From positions 120 to 64,119 of the forward strand of contig CAYJQG010000001.1 in the NCBI GenBank assembly GCA_964372325.1: 64,000 nucleotides of DNA, read 5' to 3'. The position numbers and the translations under genes are program-made. Below, piece by piece: positions 45,193-54,459 of the stretch. The notes beneath the pieces were generated by a model. That model worked only from the letters and a program-made list of their open reading frames with translations. It made no database searches and had not been told where the DNA came from. Origin of the DNA: an uncultured Candidatus Saccharibacteria bacterium (lineage in GTDB: Bacteria > Patescibacteriota > Minisyncoccia > UBA6257 > JAUSGH01). How positions within the stretch are numbered: the stretch's first letter is position 1; every line of letters starts with the position of its first letter.

Positions 45193-45756
45193 GGAATACG
45201 ACATAACCGTCAAGCAGTATTCCGCCGAAGTTCGGCCAGTGTAATAAACTCGTACCGACCCGGGGCGATCGTCTCGTTTTTCTTCGGCAATTTTTTCAAC
45301 AGCAAACGAAAATCCAGTTGCGGGCATAGGGCTCGAAGCGAGGTAGCACTGAATATAAACTCGTCCGTCAATTGTTTTTTCACACGAGACAATAACTTGG
45401 AGTGCGATACCACAGGGCAAGACAACATAAGCCTCAGCATGTTTGTCTGGCGTAAGTGCTTGCCCACCCTCCTCTTGTTTAAAAGCAAAGCGCACAAACC
45501 ATGAGATGACCGGGACATTATCGAATAATCGATGCATGGTACTTTGCACGAGTTTCCACTCTACAAGCGTACCAATGAGATACATCAACCCCATAAGTAA
45601 GGCAAGATTAGTGGCGACGTTAAGCACTGCATAGTTCGTTGCATGAACTCCAAGCGAAACGGTGATATCCCACGCCTTCAAGAGCAGAAAGCTAATAACG
45701 CTAAGTGGAATAATAATCATTAGTCCTTTTTTGAATCGACGACGGTACACTCGCAT
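45184..45756 (-). CDS. DUF502-family membrane protein
   Basis: 190 aa. Two N-terminal TM helices. C-terminal PMPATGFSFAV resembles the DUF502 P.P.SGF motif. Stop codon lies inside the MITE-C terminus. Confidence 0.5.
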   Translation of the reverse strand: MRVYRRRFKKGLMIIIPLSVISFLLLKAWDITVSLGVHATNYAVLNVATNLALLMGLMYLIGTLVEWKLVQSTMHRLFDNVPVISWFVRFAFKQEEGGQALTPDKHAEAYVVLPCGIALQVIVSCEKTIDGRVYIQCYLASSPMPATGFSFAVEKIAEEKRDDRPGSVRVYYTGRTSAEYCLTVMSYSMK

Positions 45757-45823
45757 CTCCAGATTTCAAGAACTAATCGTAGTATACGGCTTGGATCAAA
45801 AAGAAACAATGAGGGCAATAATT

Positions 45824-45960
45824 TAGCCACTAACGGAAAAATCCCAAACTTCAAGCATCAAATAACAAATAAATTCCAATTTTTGGGCATTCGAATTTAT
45901 ATATTGGATATTATTTGGGATTTGATTATTGAGATTTGGTGTTTGTGTCTTTAGTGGCTA
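45824..45960. mobile_element. family C MITE-like element
   Basis: tagccactaacggaaaaatcccaaacttcaagcatcaaataacaaataaattccaa ... tctttagtggcta. Confidence 0.8.
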
Positions 45961-45992
45961 TTAACTTATCAAATGGTATACAGTCAAAGTAT

Positions 45993-47723
45993 ATGGCCGA
46001 CACGCAAGAAATCAAAAATAAAATAGACGTTGTGGATTTTATAGGGGCATATGTAAAGTTGATGCCTGCGGGAAAGAATTTTAAGGGTCTTTGTCCATTC
46101 CACAAAGAAAAGAGTCCGTCGTTTATGGTCACTCGCGACAGGCAGTCGTGGCATTGTTTTGGTTGTAATGAGGGCGGAGATATTTTTAAATTTTTAATGC
46201 AGTTTGAGCACCTCGAATTTTTTGAGGCGTTAAAAATATTAGCCGAACGTGCAGGGGTAGAGCTGAAGGGTGGGCAAGGAATGGAGTCATATCGAGAGTT
46301 ATATGAGGTAAACCTTGTCGCTAAAGATTTTTTTAAACAAGAATTACAAAAATTAGGCGCGCATCAAGAGCATGCAAGGGCATATCTTCAATCGCGTGGG
46401 TTGAAAAAAGAAACCATTGATACGTTTGAAATTGGTGTGGCTTCTACGAGTTCAGATGCATTGCTACGGTATTTAATTGCAGCGAAAAAGTCGCTGCACG
46501 ACATTGAGCGTGCTGGGTTGGTATTTCGTAGCGAGCGGGGGACGTACTTCGACCGTTTCAGAGGGCGGATTATGTTCCCGCTATATAATAGTTTCGGGAA
46601 AGTGGTAGGGTTTACTGGCCGTGTGCTTCCGGGGAGCGAGCAGTTGAGCGGATTCGAGGCCGCAAAATACGTTAATAGTCCCGAGACACCGATTTTTAGT
46701 AAATCAAAGTTGTTGTATGGCTTTTACGCGGCGAAACAACATATTCGTGAGACGAAAACAGTAGTCATAGTGGAGGGTCAGATGGATTTTTTAATGTCTT
46801 GGCAAGATGGGGTAAAGAATGTGGTAGCGTCATCGGGTACTGCGCTAACCGTTGATCAGTTAACGACACTTCGGCGCATTGCCGATACGGTGATATTGAG
46901 TTTCGATACCGATGCAGCGGGGATCGCCGCTGCAGAGCGAAGCATTGACACAGCACACAACATGGATTTTACTGTACGTTTGCTCGAAGTGGTGGGTTAC
47001 AAAGATCCCGCAGACGCAGTGCTAGGAGAGCCTGGTGCAATGGCACGTTTTATTGTAAACGCAAAACCAGCGCTGACCTATTACATTGATCGCTATATTC
47101 GTGATGGCGATGAGGCGGCAGTACAAAAACGGAATGTGCGCATAGTACTCGCAAAAATAAAACAAATGGAAAGTGCAATCGAGCGCCAGCATGCGATTCG
47201 GGCGTTAGGAGAGCGCGCGGGGCTCTCCGAAGAAGTATTAATGGAAGAGTTGCAACGTGTGGTAGTAGCAAATGCGCCGGTGATCAAAAAACGACAAGAT
47301 GAAATCGCGGCGGTATATGAAGAAAAGCGCTCACGTAGTGGGGCGATAAGCGAACGTCTACTCGGTCTTGCGTTGGTTGATGCAACGCTATTAAAAGAGA
47401 TGGAGTCAATGATAAAATTTATGGAAGAGCCATACCGTATGCTGTATGGGCACATCGTTAACGGGTCGTTACTCGATGTGCCGGGTCCCTTGCGTATACT
47501 CGCAGATAAAATAAGTTTAAGCGGGGGGTTGCTGGGTAACAGTGGAGAAAAAGGTGAGTCGGTGGTATTGTGTCGCGAGCTAAAACAGGAATATTTGAAG
47601 GGTCGCAGTGAAGCATTGCGTAGAGCGATTGCGTTGGCAGAGCGGCAAGGAGACGAAACGGCTCTTGGAAACGCGCTTAAAGAATTTGACGAAACAAACA
47701 AGGCGCTCCATACTCTAAGCTAG
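45993..47723 (+). CDS. dnaG: DNA primase
   Basis: CHC2 zinc finger (CPFHKEKSPSFMV...WHCFGCNEGGD), TOPRIM (VVIVEGQMDFL, SFDTDAAG). Start taken at MADTQEI. Stop TAG is the first triplet of a MITE-C copy. Confidence 0.9.
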   Translation: MADTQEIKNKIDVVDFIGAYVKLMPAGKNFKGLCPFHKEKSPSFMVTRDRQSWHCFGCNEGGDIFKFLMQFEHLEFFEALKILAERAGVELKGGQGMESYRELYEVNLVAKDFFKQELQKLGAHQEHARAYLQSRGLKKETIDTFEIGVASTSSDALLRYLIAAKKSLHDIERAGLVFRSERGTYFDRFRGRIMFPLYNSFGKVVGFTGRVLPGSEQLSGFEAAKYVNSPETPIFSKSKLLYGFYAAKQHIRETKTVVIVEGQMDFLMSWQDGVKNVVASSGTALTVDQLTTLRRIADTVILSFDTDAAGIAAAERSIDTAHNMDFTVRLLEVVGYKDPADAVLGEPGAMARFIVNAKPALTYYIDRYIRDGDEAAVQKRNVRIVLAKIKQMESAIERQHAIRALGERAGLSEEVLMEELQRVVVANAPVIKKRQDEIAAVYEEKRSRSGAISERLLGLALVDATLLKEMESMIKFMEEPYRMLYGHIVNGSLLDVPGPLRILADKISLSGGLLGNSGEKGESVVLCRELKQEYLKGRSEALRRAIALAERQGDETALGNALKEFDETNKALHTLS

Positions 47724-47882
47724 TAGTATTCGCCACTTATGATATAGCCACCAAAGATACAAGCACCAAATCTCAAATACCAAATTCCAAATAATATTTA
47801 ATAACTTAAATTCGAATTTAAAAAATTAGAATTTATTTGTTATTTGATGCTTGAAGTTTGGGATTTTTCCATTAGTGGCTAG
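47722..47882. mobile_element. family C MITE-like element, inverted relative to the 45022-45192 copy
   Basis: gtagtattcgccacttatgatatagccaccaaagatacaagcaccaaatctcaaatacc .... Begins with the dnaG stop codon TAG. Confidence 0.85.
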
Positions 47883-47911
47883 TGTCTAACCCTAATCCCT
47901 CATCAATACTT

Positions 47912-49138
47912 ATGTCATCAAAAGCAATAATAAAAAAGAAAAAGGTACAGCGCACGGGAAAACAGAAAAAAAGATTGGTGCAGGGCGCGCAGAAAGTAAA
48001 GAAAGCAGTGAGGGTGAAATTGGTAAGCAAAAAACATAAATTGAATAAGAAGGAAGCTGCACGGCAGAAGCAAAACTTGAGCCAACTCGATGAGTTAATT
48101 AGCCGTGGAAAGGGGAGGGGGTTTGTGACCGATGGAGAAGTACTCCACTATTTTCCTCGCGTGGAAAACGACATTAAGTTTCTCGAAGAGGTCTATGCGC
48201 GTCTTGAAGAAGTTGGTATGAAAGTGGTAGAAACAAGCCAACTCATCGAAACACCGAAAGAAGAGATTAGCGTAAAGGAACTTGAAGAGGCCACGCAGTT
48301 CGAAGGCGAACTCCCCGATGCCGTGCAAATGTATTTAAAAGAAATTGGTAAGACGCAACTTTTAACCGGAGAAGACGAAAAAGAATTAGCCAAACGCGTA
48401 GAATCTGGCGACGAAGAAGCGCGCAAGAAATTTATTCAAGCAAATTTACGGTTAGTGGTTTCGATTGCAAAGCGTTATGTCAATCGTTCACCAAATTTAA
48501 GCATCTTGGACCTCGTGCAGGAGGGGAATATTGGCCTCTCGAGAGCGGTCATAAAATTTGACTACCGAAGAGGTTTCAAGTTTTCGACATATGCAACATG
48601 GTGGATCCGCCAAGCAATTACCCGTGCATTAGCCGACCAGTCGCGTACCATTCGTATCCCGGTACACATGGTCGAAGTAATTTCGAAGTACACTCAGGCA
48701 AAACGACGATTGCTCCAAGAGCTTGGTCGCGAGCCATTACCCGAAGAGATCGCAATTGAGTTGAATATGCCACTCGAGAAGGTGCACCATATTCAAAAAA
48801 TATCTCAAGAAGTCATTTCACTAGAGTCGCCAGTTGGAGACGACGACGAAGACTCAACCTTGTCAGAGTTTATTCCCGACGAACGAAACCTTACACCTTC
48901 TCAAACCGCCTCTCAGGCGTTATTGGGTGACAAAATTCGAGAAATTTTAATTGATCTCACGCCTCGCGAACAAGAAATTTTAAAAATGCGTTTTGGGCTA
49001 GAAGATGGCATTACACATACCCTAGAAGAAGTGGGGCATGAATTTGGCGTGACAAGAGAGCGCATTCGACAAATCGAAGCGAAGGCATTAGGAAGGATTA
49101 AGATACACGAGAAGGCTCATATGCTCGAGGGCTACTAG
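47912..49138 (+). CDS. rpoD: RNA polymerase sigma factor RpoD (primary sigma-70)
   Basis: Regions 1.2 to 4.2 present ([52 protein letters not shown]). Start at ATG 47912; GTG 47882 lies in the MITE. Stop TAG overlaps the next MITE-C copy. Confidence 0.9.
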   Translation: MSSKAIIKKKKVQRTGKQKKRLVQGAQKVKKAVRVKLVSKKHKLNKKEAARQKQNLSQLDELISRGKGRGFVTDGEVLHYFPRVENDIKFLEEVYARLEEVGMKVVETSQLIETPKEEISVKELEEATQFEGELPDAVQMYLKEIGKTQLLTGEDEKELAKRVESGDEEARKKFIQANLRLVVSIAKRYVNRSPNLSILDLVQEGNIGLSRAVIKFDYRRGFKFSTYATWWIRQAITRALADQSRTIRIPVHMVEVISKYTQAKRRLLQELGREPLPEEIAIELNMPLEKVHHIQKISQEVISLESPVGDDDEDSTLSEFIPDERNLTPSQTASQALLGDKIREILIDLTPREQEILKMRFGLEDGITHTLEEVGHEFGVTRERIRQIEAKALGRIKIHEKAHMLEGY

Positions 49139-49265
49139 CGAAAAAATCCCAAACTCCAAGCATCAAATAACAAATAAATTCTAATTTTTTAAATTCGAAT
49201 TTATATATTGGATATTATTTGGAATTTGGTATTTGAGATTTGGTGCTTGTATCTTTGGTGGCTAT
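49133..49265. mobile_element. family C MITE-like element
   Basis: ctagcgaaaaaatcccaaactccaagcatcaaataacaaataaattctaa ... tatctttggtggctat. Overlaps the rpoD stop codon. Confidence 0.8.
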
Positions 49266-49320
49266 ACCCTAAACCCTCGTCAGATTGCGGTGGTTAGCCC
49301 GGTATGCTATACTCTATTTT

Positions 49321-50721
49321 ATGGTTAAAAAGCTACAAAAAGTAGTTTTTTTCTTGTCTTTTATGGGGCTTATTGCTCCGTCTGTGCTTTTCGCGCAAGG
49401 GGTGAACATTAACGACCTTGGGCTTGGAACTCCGGGTATTTTACCGAGCAACCCATTTTATTTTTTTAAAGAATGGGGGAGGAGTGTTCGAAAGACGTTA
49501 GCGCTTACTGATTTTAGTAAAGTCGAAACGCAGATGAATTTCTTAAATGAACAAGCTGCCGAAATCCAAAAAATTAGTGAAATAAAAACGGTTCGTGAAG
49601 AGGCATTTGAACGAGTGCTCCAAGGTTATAGCGATGGCGTGGATAGGCTAATACAAAAACTCCCATTACTTTCAGGTTTGCGAGGGAACAAAAATTTTGA
49701 AAAAATGCTTTCTACGCTCATCGACCGCTCGGTGAAACACTACGATATTATTGCCGGACTTATGGGGCGATTCGACGGAGAAGATAGCGGTGCAACGTTT
49801 AATAACCACGTTAAAGATGTACTAGCGCGCATTGCAGATCTTTTAAGTGCATTGCCAGATAAAGCTGAAAATCAAAAACAATTCACTACGCAACTGGTTT
49901 CTGCGCTTCGTAGCGCTCATGGGTATTCGAGGGCAATGAGCGCCGCACAGCTATTAAATAGTATGTTCAAGGTAAATGTCGACCGACCATTATTTGGTGA
50001 ATTACTGAGAGTGCAAGGCGAATTGTTGAACGAATTGTTAGGCCATTTAGCCGCAGTATATGAATTGAGTGGGCGAAACGTCGATGCAGTGCGAAATTTC
50101 TTTAACTCAAAGATAGGAGACGCACAGGCACGTTTAGAGGTGCTGGATATGATGCGCGAACGTACTGACGAAAACGATCTCAAAAGCGCCATGAATGGTG
50201 TGCGTGAAGAGTTGTTGTGGAAGCTTTCGAAGGTTGGAGTAATAGACGAGTCACAAGTTAATATGTTGGTTGCTGAAATAAACATATTGACAAAAAAGAG
50301 CATAAATCTCAAACCCACAATACTCGAACGTGCAAAGTTGAGCGCGAGTAATGGTTTGGCGGCACTCAAGGAGAAAGCGACAGCCTTAGCGTATGGCCAA
50401 CTACTTACAGCGCGAAGTGTGCTGATAAATGGTTTAACTGAAGCGGGTTTTGGGCCCCAGGATGTTGACGGAGAACTACAAGGTGCACGATTATATTTTG
50501 ATATGTTGCATGCACGTATGCAGCAACTATTGGATATCAGTAAGGAGAAAAAAGTTGATGTACAAAGTGCGCTTTCGCGTATTGAGGTGCGTATTGTTAT
50601 GGTGGGGGACGCATCATCGAGAGACATCACATATAGAGAATTGCGAGGGTTACTGGTGGGTATATATAAGGAATTAAGTCTTGTAGGAATAGATTTGCTC
50701 CCGAATAAGCTTGGTTTGTAG
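49321..50721 (+). CDS. hypothetical secreted alpha-helical protein
   Basis: Signal peptide MVKKLQKVVFFLSFMGLIAPSVLFAQG. ~465 aa of helical low-complexity sequence. Extended -10 TGcTATACT only 7 nt upstream of the ATG, suggesting a leaderless mRNA. Confidence 0.55.
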   Translation: MVKKLQKVVFFLSFMGLIAPSVLFAQGVNINDLGLGTPGILPSNPFYFFKEWGRSVRKTLALTDFSKVETQMNFLNEQAAEIQKISEIKTVREEAFERVLQGYSDGVDRLIQKLPLLSGLRGNKNFEKMLSTLIDRSVKHYDIIAGLMGRFDGEDSGATFNNHVKDVLARIADLLSALPDKAENQKQFTTQLVSALRSAHGYSRAMSAAQLLNSMFKVNVDRPLFGELLRVQGELLNELLGHLAAVYELSGRNVDAVRNFFNSKIGDAQARLEVLDMMRERTDENDLKSAMNGVREELLWKLSKVGVIDESQVNMLVAEINILTKKSINLKPTILERAKLSASNGLAALKEKATALAYGQLLTARSVLINGLTEAGFGPQDVDGELQGARLYFDMLHARMQQLLDISKEKKVDVQSALSRIEVRIVMVGDASSRDITYRELRGLLVGIYKELSLVGIDLLPNKLGL

Positions 50722-50759
50722 TGAAATGAAATGTTATTTCACGGTAGGACTAATAATAA

Positions 50760-52496
50760 ATGGATTCGCAACAGATCCGCGAACAATTTCTCGATTTTTT
50801 TAAACGTCGCGGGCACACCATTGTGCCTTCGTCTTCGCTTGTGCCAACTGACCCGTCGGTGCTTTTAACAACCGCCGGCATGCAGCAGTTCAAAAAATAT
50901 TACACGGGAGAGTTGCACCCAGCGGCTGATTTTGGGTCGAAACGTACGGCAACAATACAAAAATGTTTTCGCACCTCCGATATTGAAGAAGTGGGGGATG
51001 CCACACACCTCACATTTTTTGAAATGTTAGGAAATTTTTCGTTTCAAGATTATATGAAGCGCGACGCTATTTCTTGGGGATACGAATTAATAACAGGGGT
51101 GTTCGGTATAGATCCGCGACGTGTGACAGTAACGGTATTTGCGGGTGATAAAGACATTCCATTCGACAAAGAGTCATACGATATTTGGAAAAATGTCGTG
51201 GGTTTAGAAGAGTCGCGTATAAGTCGACACGATCGCAAAGACAATTTTTGGGGACCCACAGGAGCTGAGGGTCCTTGTGGGCCAACAACTGAAATTTATG
51301 TCGATGGCGTTGAGGTGTGGAATATTGTGTTTAACGAGTTTTATCAACATTCAGACAAGACCTTAGAACGTTCAAAAACGCCAGGGGTTGATACGGGCAT
51401 GGGGTTCGAACGGTTGGTTGCAGTGCTTCAAGGCGTACCAACAATTTTTGAAACAGATTTTCTTCTTCCTCTTTGCCAGTTAGTGCGTGGGGTAGCGGGC
51501 GGTGCACCAGACCGCGTGGTGCGTTTGTTGGTAGACCATTTGCGCGCAAGTATATTTTTGATCGCTGATGGAGTAAGGCCAAGCAATAAAGAAGCTGGGT
51601 ATATTTTGCGGCGGTTACTCCGTAGGGCAATGGCGCACATGGTAAAGAATGACGTACACGAAGATTTTTTTAAAAGTTTCTTGGAGAAGCTGCAAGAGCT
51701 CATGGGGGGCACATACAAAGAAATTTTAGATACGGTAATTATTATTGCTGCTCTACAAGAAGAGCATGCAAAATTTGGTGCTGCGTTGGCTTCTGGACTA
51801 AAAGAGCTTGGGAAGCACAAAACACTAAGTGCAAAAGATGCGTTTGTGATTTACGAAACGTTTGGGCTCCCCTTGGAGCTCATCAAAGAATTTGGTGGAG
51901 CAGTTGCGGCAGACCTCAGTGAAAAAGATTTCAAACATGAGTTTGTGCAGCATCAAGAAATTTCGCGTAGAGGAGCCGAAAAGAAATTTGGTGGCCATGG
52001 GTTGTTGTTTGACACCGGTGAACTGAAGGCGAAGGATGCCGCAGAGCTTGAAGAAGTGACTCGGCTCCATACCGCAACGCATTTACTGCAGCAAGCGCTG
52101 CGCGATGTACTGGGGAATACCGTGTCTCAAAAAGGGTCAGACATTACCGCTGAGCGTACACGTTTTGACTTCTCGTTTAATCGCAAAGTCACACCAGAAG
52201 AAATCAGTAAAGTGGAGTCAATAGTAAATTCTCGCATTGCAGAAGACCTCCCAATGGCGTACAAAGAACTTCCAAAAGATGAAGCGGTAAAAACCGGAGC
52301 TTTGCACTTTTTCAATGTGAAATACCCCGAAAAAGTAAAAGTATATTTTGCTGGGCATACGTTAGAAACTGCATACAGTAAAGAATTTTGCGGCGGCCCG
52401 CACGTCGACCATACCGGTATAATTGGTAAGTTCAAAATAATAAAAGAAGAAGCGGTTGCTTCAGGAGTTCGAAGAATACGAGCGATTGTGTTCTGA
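50760..52496 (+). CDS. alaS: alanyl-tRNA synthetase, minimal form (aminoacylation plus editing core, no C-Ala domain)
   Basis: 578 aa. Class II motifs, editing HxxxH (HTATHLL) and CGGPHV. Ends at ...VRRIRAIVF, directly after the editing core. Confidence 0.9.
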   Translation: MDSQQIREQFLDFFKRRGHTIVPSSSLVPTDPSVLLTTAGMQQFKKYYTGELHPAADFGSKRTATIQKCFRTSDIEEVGDATHLTFFEMLGNFSFQDYMKRDAISWGYELITGVFGIDPRRVTVTVFAGDKDIPFDKESYDIWKNVVGLEESRISRHDRKDNFWGPTGAEGPCGPTTEIYVDGVEVWNIVFNEFYQHSDKTLERSKTPGVDTGMGFERLVAVLQGVPTIFETDFLLPLCQLVRGVAGGAPDRVVRLLVDHLRASIFLIADGVRPSNKEAGYILRRLLRRAMAHMVKNDVHEDFFKSFLEKLQELMGGTYKEILDTVIIIAALQEEHAKFGAALASGLKELGKHKTLSAKDAFVIYETFGLPLELIKEFGGAVAADLSEKDFKHEFVQHQEISRRGAEKKFGGHGLLFDTGELKAKDAAELEEVTRLHTATHLLQQALRDVLGNTVSQKGSDITAERTRFDFSFNRKVTPEEISKVESIVNSRIAEDLPMAYKELPKDEAVKTGALHFFNVKYPEKVKVYFAGHTLETAYSKEFCGGPHVDHTGIIGKFKIIKEEAVASGVRRIRAIVF

Positions 52497-52760
52497 GCAT
52501 ATACGGGCCGCCGCAAGGGGAAGATGTCGGTCCCTACGGCCGGGTTTACCGCCGGGTGCCGGGCGCGGGCGGTCTGCTCGGGCGGTGGCTTCGACTTCAG
52601 CCTCGGCGATACCAGGGGTGGCTACGAAGCTTTCTTCTCCTTCTGCGACGTTGAATAGTTCTTAGAAACTTAAATGCTTGAAAATCTTTGGTTTTTGACC
52701 CTTTGAGCCTTTGTTCCCAGTTAGTTGGTGGACGAGGGCTCTTTTTTATTCATGATGGTT

Positions 52761-52798
52761 TTACTAAACAAGTTGACGATCGTCAACTTGTTTAGTAA
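52761..52798. repeat. 38-nt perfect palindrome centred on ACGATCGT
   Basis: ttactaaacaagttgacgatcgtcaacttgtttagtaa, downstream of alaS. Confidence 0.85.
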
Positions 52799-52879
52799 AT
52801 GTTGCAATTTAGTTTTTGTTATGGTATGATGAGCCGCAGTGCATTGGCATGGTTTTTATTATGAGGAGTGGCTTGATGT

Positions 52880-52925
52880 CTCGGCGCTACATGCTTTGGT
52901 TTTAGTATTGGCGTGAGGGGTTACT
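52880..52925. repeat. second copy of the family I arm motif GCTTTGGTTTTAGTATTGGYGTGAGGGGTTAC
   Basis: gtctcggcgctacatgctttggttttagtattggcgtgaggggttac. Directly upstream of the consensus promoter at 52936. Confidence 0.6.
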
Positions 52926-52935
52926 TGGCCTGGAT

Positions 52936-52964
52936 TTGACAGAAAATACTAGCAATGGTATAAT
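52936..52964 (+). promoter_or_regulatory. consensus sigma70 promoter (TTGACA-17-TATAAT) for the 53018 gene
   Basis: ggatTTGACAgaaaatactagcaatggTATAATag. Confidence 0.7.
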
Positions 52965-53017
52965 AGATTGGTTGTTTGAAACTGGAAACGCCAAGTCCAA
53001 AAAAGAAGGAGGCTCGC

Positions 53018-53452
53018 ATGAACATGAAGCTTTCAGTAAACGAAGCGGTTGGGGTTTTTGGGCGAGGAGTTATGATCCCAGAAATTCCAATATCGAGCGA
53101 GGAACTGGAGAAGTTCCGTGGTACGCATCTTTTGATCTTGAAACCCTTCGTGTCAAATTATTTGATCTGGGCCTTGGTTGGACTGGATGCCCGTGAGACC
53201 ACGGCGGCATCGGCCCACAGTGGGTTACCCACAGTCAAAGACCTTTTGTATTTTGAAGAAGCAATGCGTAAGGAGCGTAACGTCAGGCCGTGGCATGGCC
53301 TGTGGCTTTTGACCAGCGAACGGGATCAATTTAATCGTCCCGTCGCCATTCAGTTTTACGATGGTGGGTGGCGCGTGACGAGCGTCGAATCGCTCGACGC
53401 GACGCGTTTGGGCGGTGCCCCGCTCGTCGCCGTCGAGATTCGCCATCTATAA
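53018..53452 (+). CDS. hypothetical small protein with consensus promoter and strong SD
   Basis: 144 aa from ATG 53018, 7 nt downstream of aaggagg. The ORF-track 52976 start is upstream of the SD. Consensus TTGACA-17-TATAAT promoter at 52936-52964. GC-richer codons. Followed by an 11-bp GC hairpin. Confidence 0.5.
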   Translation: MNMKLSVNEAVGVFGRGVMIPEIPISSEELEKFRGTHLLILKPFVSNYLIWALVGLDARETTAASAHSGLPTVKDLLYFEEAMRKERNVRPWHGLWLLTSERDQFNRPVAIQFYDGGWRVTSVESLDATRLGGAPLVAVEIRHL

Positions 53453-53473
53453 CTTTTTTCGATCAACTACTAC

Positions 53474-53499
53474 GCCCTCGGGGGAATTCCCCCGAGGGC
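53474..53499 (+). terminator. 11-bp GC hairpin (no T-run) after the 53018 gene
   Basis: gccctcggggg-aatt-cccccgagggc. Confidence 0.5.
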
Positions 53500-53525
53500 G
53501 ATTCCTATAAGCACTAGGTACATCG

Positions 53526-53732
53526 AGAGTTTTATTCCCATTTTCACGAACATCTACCGAGTTTCTTTATAAATCAATGAACGAAGGGAGAATTTTTTGA
53601 TTTATCAATGCAATGGTCGGAAAATCCCGAAGGGAGGAACGGGAACCGTTGCATTGATATCAAAAAATAGACCGTAGTGAATATGATTTATAGAAACGAG
53701 GGAGCGTTCGTGAAAATGGGAATAAAACTCTC
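53526..53732. mobile_element. family G MITE-like element with perfect 27-bp TIRs
   Basis: gagagttttattcccattttcacgaac ... gttcgtgaaaatgggaataaaactctc. Interior nested hairpin caatggtcgg...ccgttgcattg. Its end overlaps the dut stop codon. Confidence 0.85.
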
Positions 53733-54171
53733 ATTTTCCTGTCGTTCCAAACCCACCCCGACTTCGGGGTTTTAATTTTTTTACTTCACGTAAATGCATG
53801 CGCGCATAAGGCAAAATGAGCATCTGTGCAATGCGGTCGCCGCGTGAAACAGTAATTGGCATGTCGGTAAAGTTAAATACGGGGAAATGGTATTCGTCAT
53901 TGTCGCCCGAAAAATCTTCGTCGCCAATACCAATGCCATTCGGCACCATGAGCCCGCGTTTGTAGAAAGAGCTACGGGCTGCAAGGAGTACAAAATGGTT
54001 TTTCGGCGGGCTTATTGCGACACCCAATGGGATGAGTGCTGTTTGGTGGGGTGCAACGGTAACTGTGCTGCGCACATGACAGTCGAAACACACGGCACCA
54101 GTAGTTTGGTAGCGAGGGAGTGGGAGCTCGGCATCGAGGCGTTTAATTTTTACGTGCTTTAATCGGGGCAT
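53731..54171 (-). CDS. dut: dUTP diphosphatase
   Basis: 146 aa. Motifs AVCFDCH, GLMVPNGIGIGDEDFSGD, RGGFGTTG. Stop codon overlaps the end of a 27-bp-TIR MITE. Confidence 0.9.
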   Translation of the reverse strand: MPRLKHVKIKRLDAELPLPRYQTTGAVCFDCHVRSTVTVAPHQTALIPLGVAISPPKNHFVLLAARSSFYKRGLMVPNGIGIGDEDFSGDNDEYHFPVFNFTDMPITVSRGDRIAQMLILPYARMHLREVKKLKPRSRGGFGTTGK

Positions 54172-54186
54172 ATAGGAATTATATCA

Positions 54187-54371
54187 CTAGACTCGGCTCC
54201 CGATAACATTTCATCTCTTTTTTATGAATTTCGGCTACGACATCCGCGAAAAAGATTCAGTAGATACACCGTATATACTTCATCTTTTTCGTCTCGTCTC
54301 GCCTGCCTGCCGGCAGGCAGGCTCAAAATTCATAAAAAATAGCTCGAAAGCTTATCGGGAGCCGAGTCTGC
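54187..54371. mobile_element. family D MITE-like element, complete
   Basis: TIR tagactcggctcccgataa / ttatcgggagccgagtctg. Interior carries cctgcctgccggcaggcagg and gctcaaaattcataaaaaatagctcgaaagc. Confidence 0.85.
54302..54321. repeat. GC palindrome copy
   Basis: cctgcctgccggcaggcagg inside a family D element. Confidence 0.8.
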
Positions 54372-54459
54372 TAAAAAATGCTGTGGATAAGTGAATGCAT
54401 TGCTCTTAGTGTTCAAAAAAATTATAATTAAAGGAAAAGAGCATCAACAAGTATTCACA

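Noticed and set aside
52456-52665. 69-aa ORF in the GC-rich tract after alaS
   Set aside because: Starts inside alaS. Product is Ala/Arg/Gly/Ser low-complexity. More likely non-coding GC-rich DNA.
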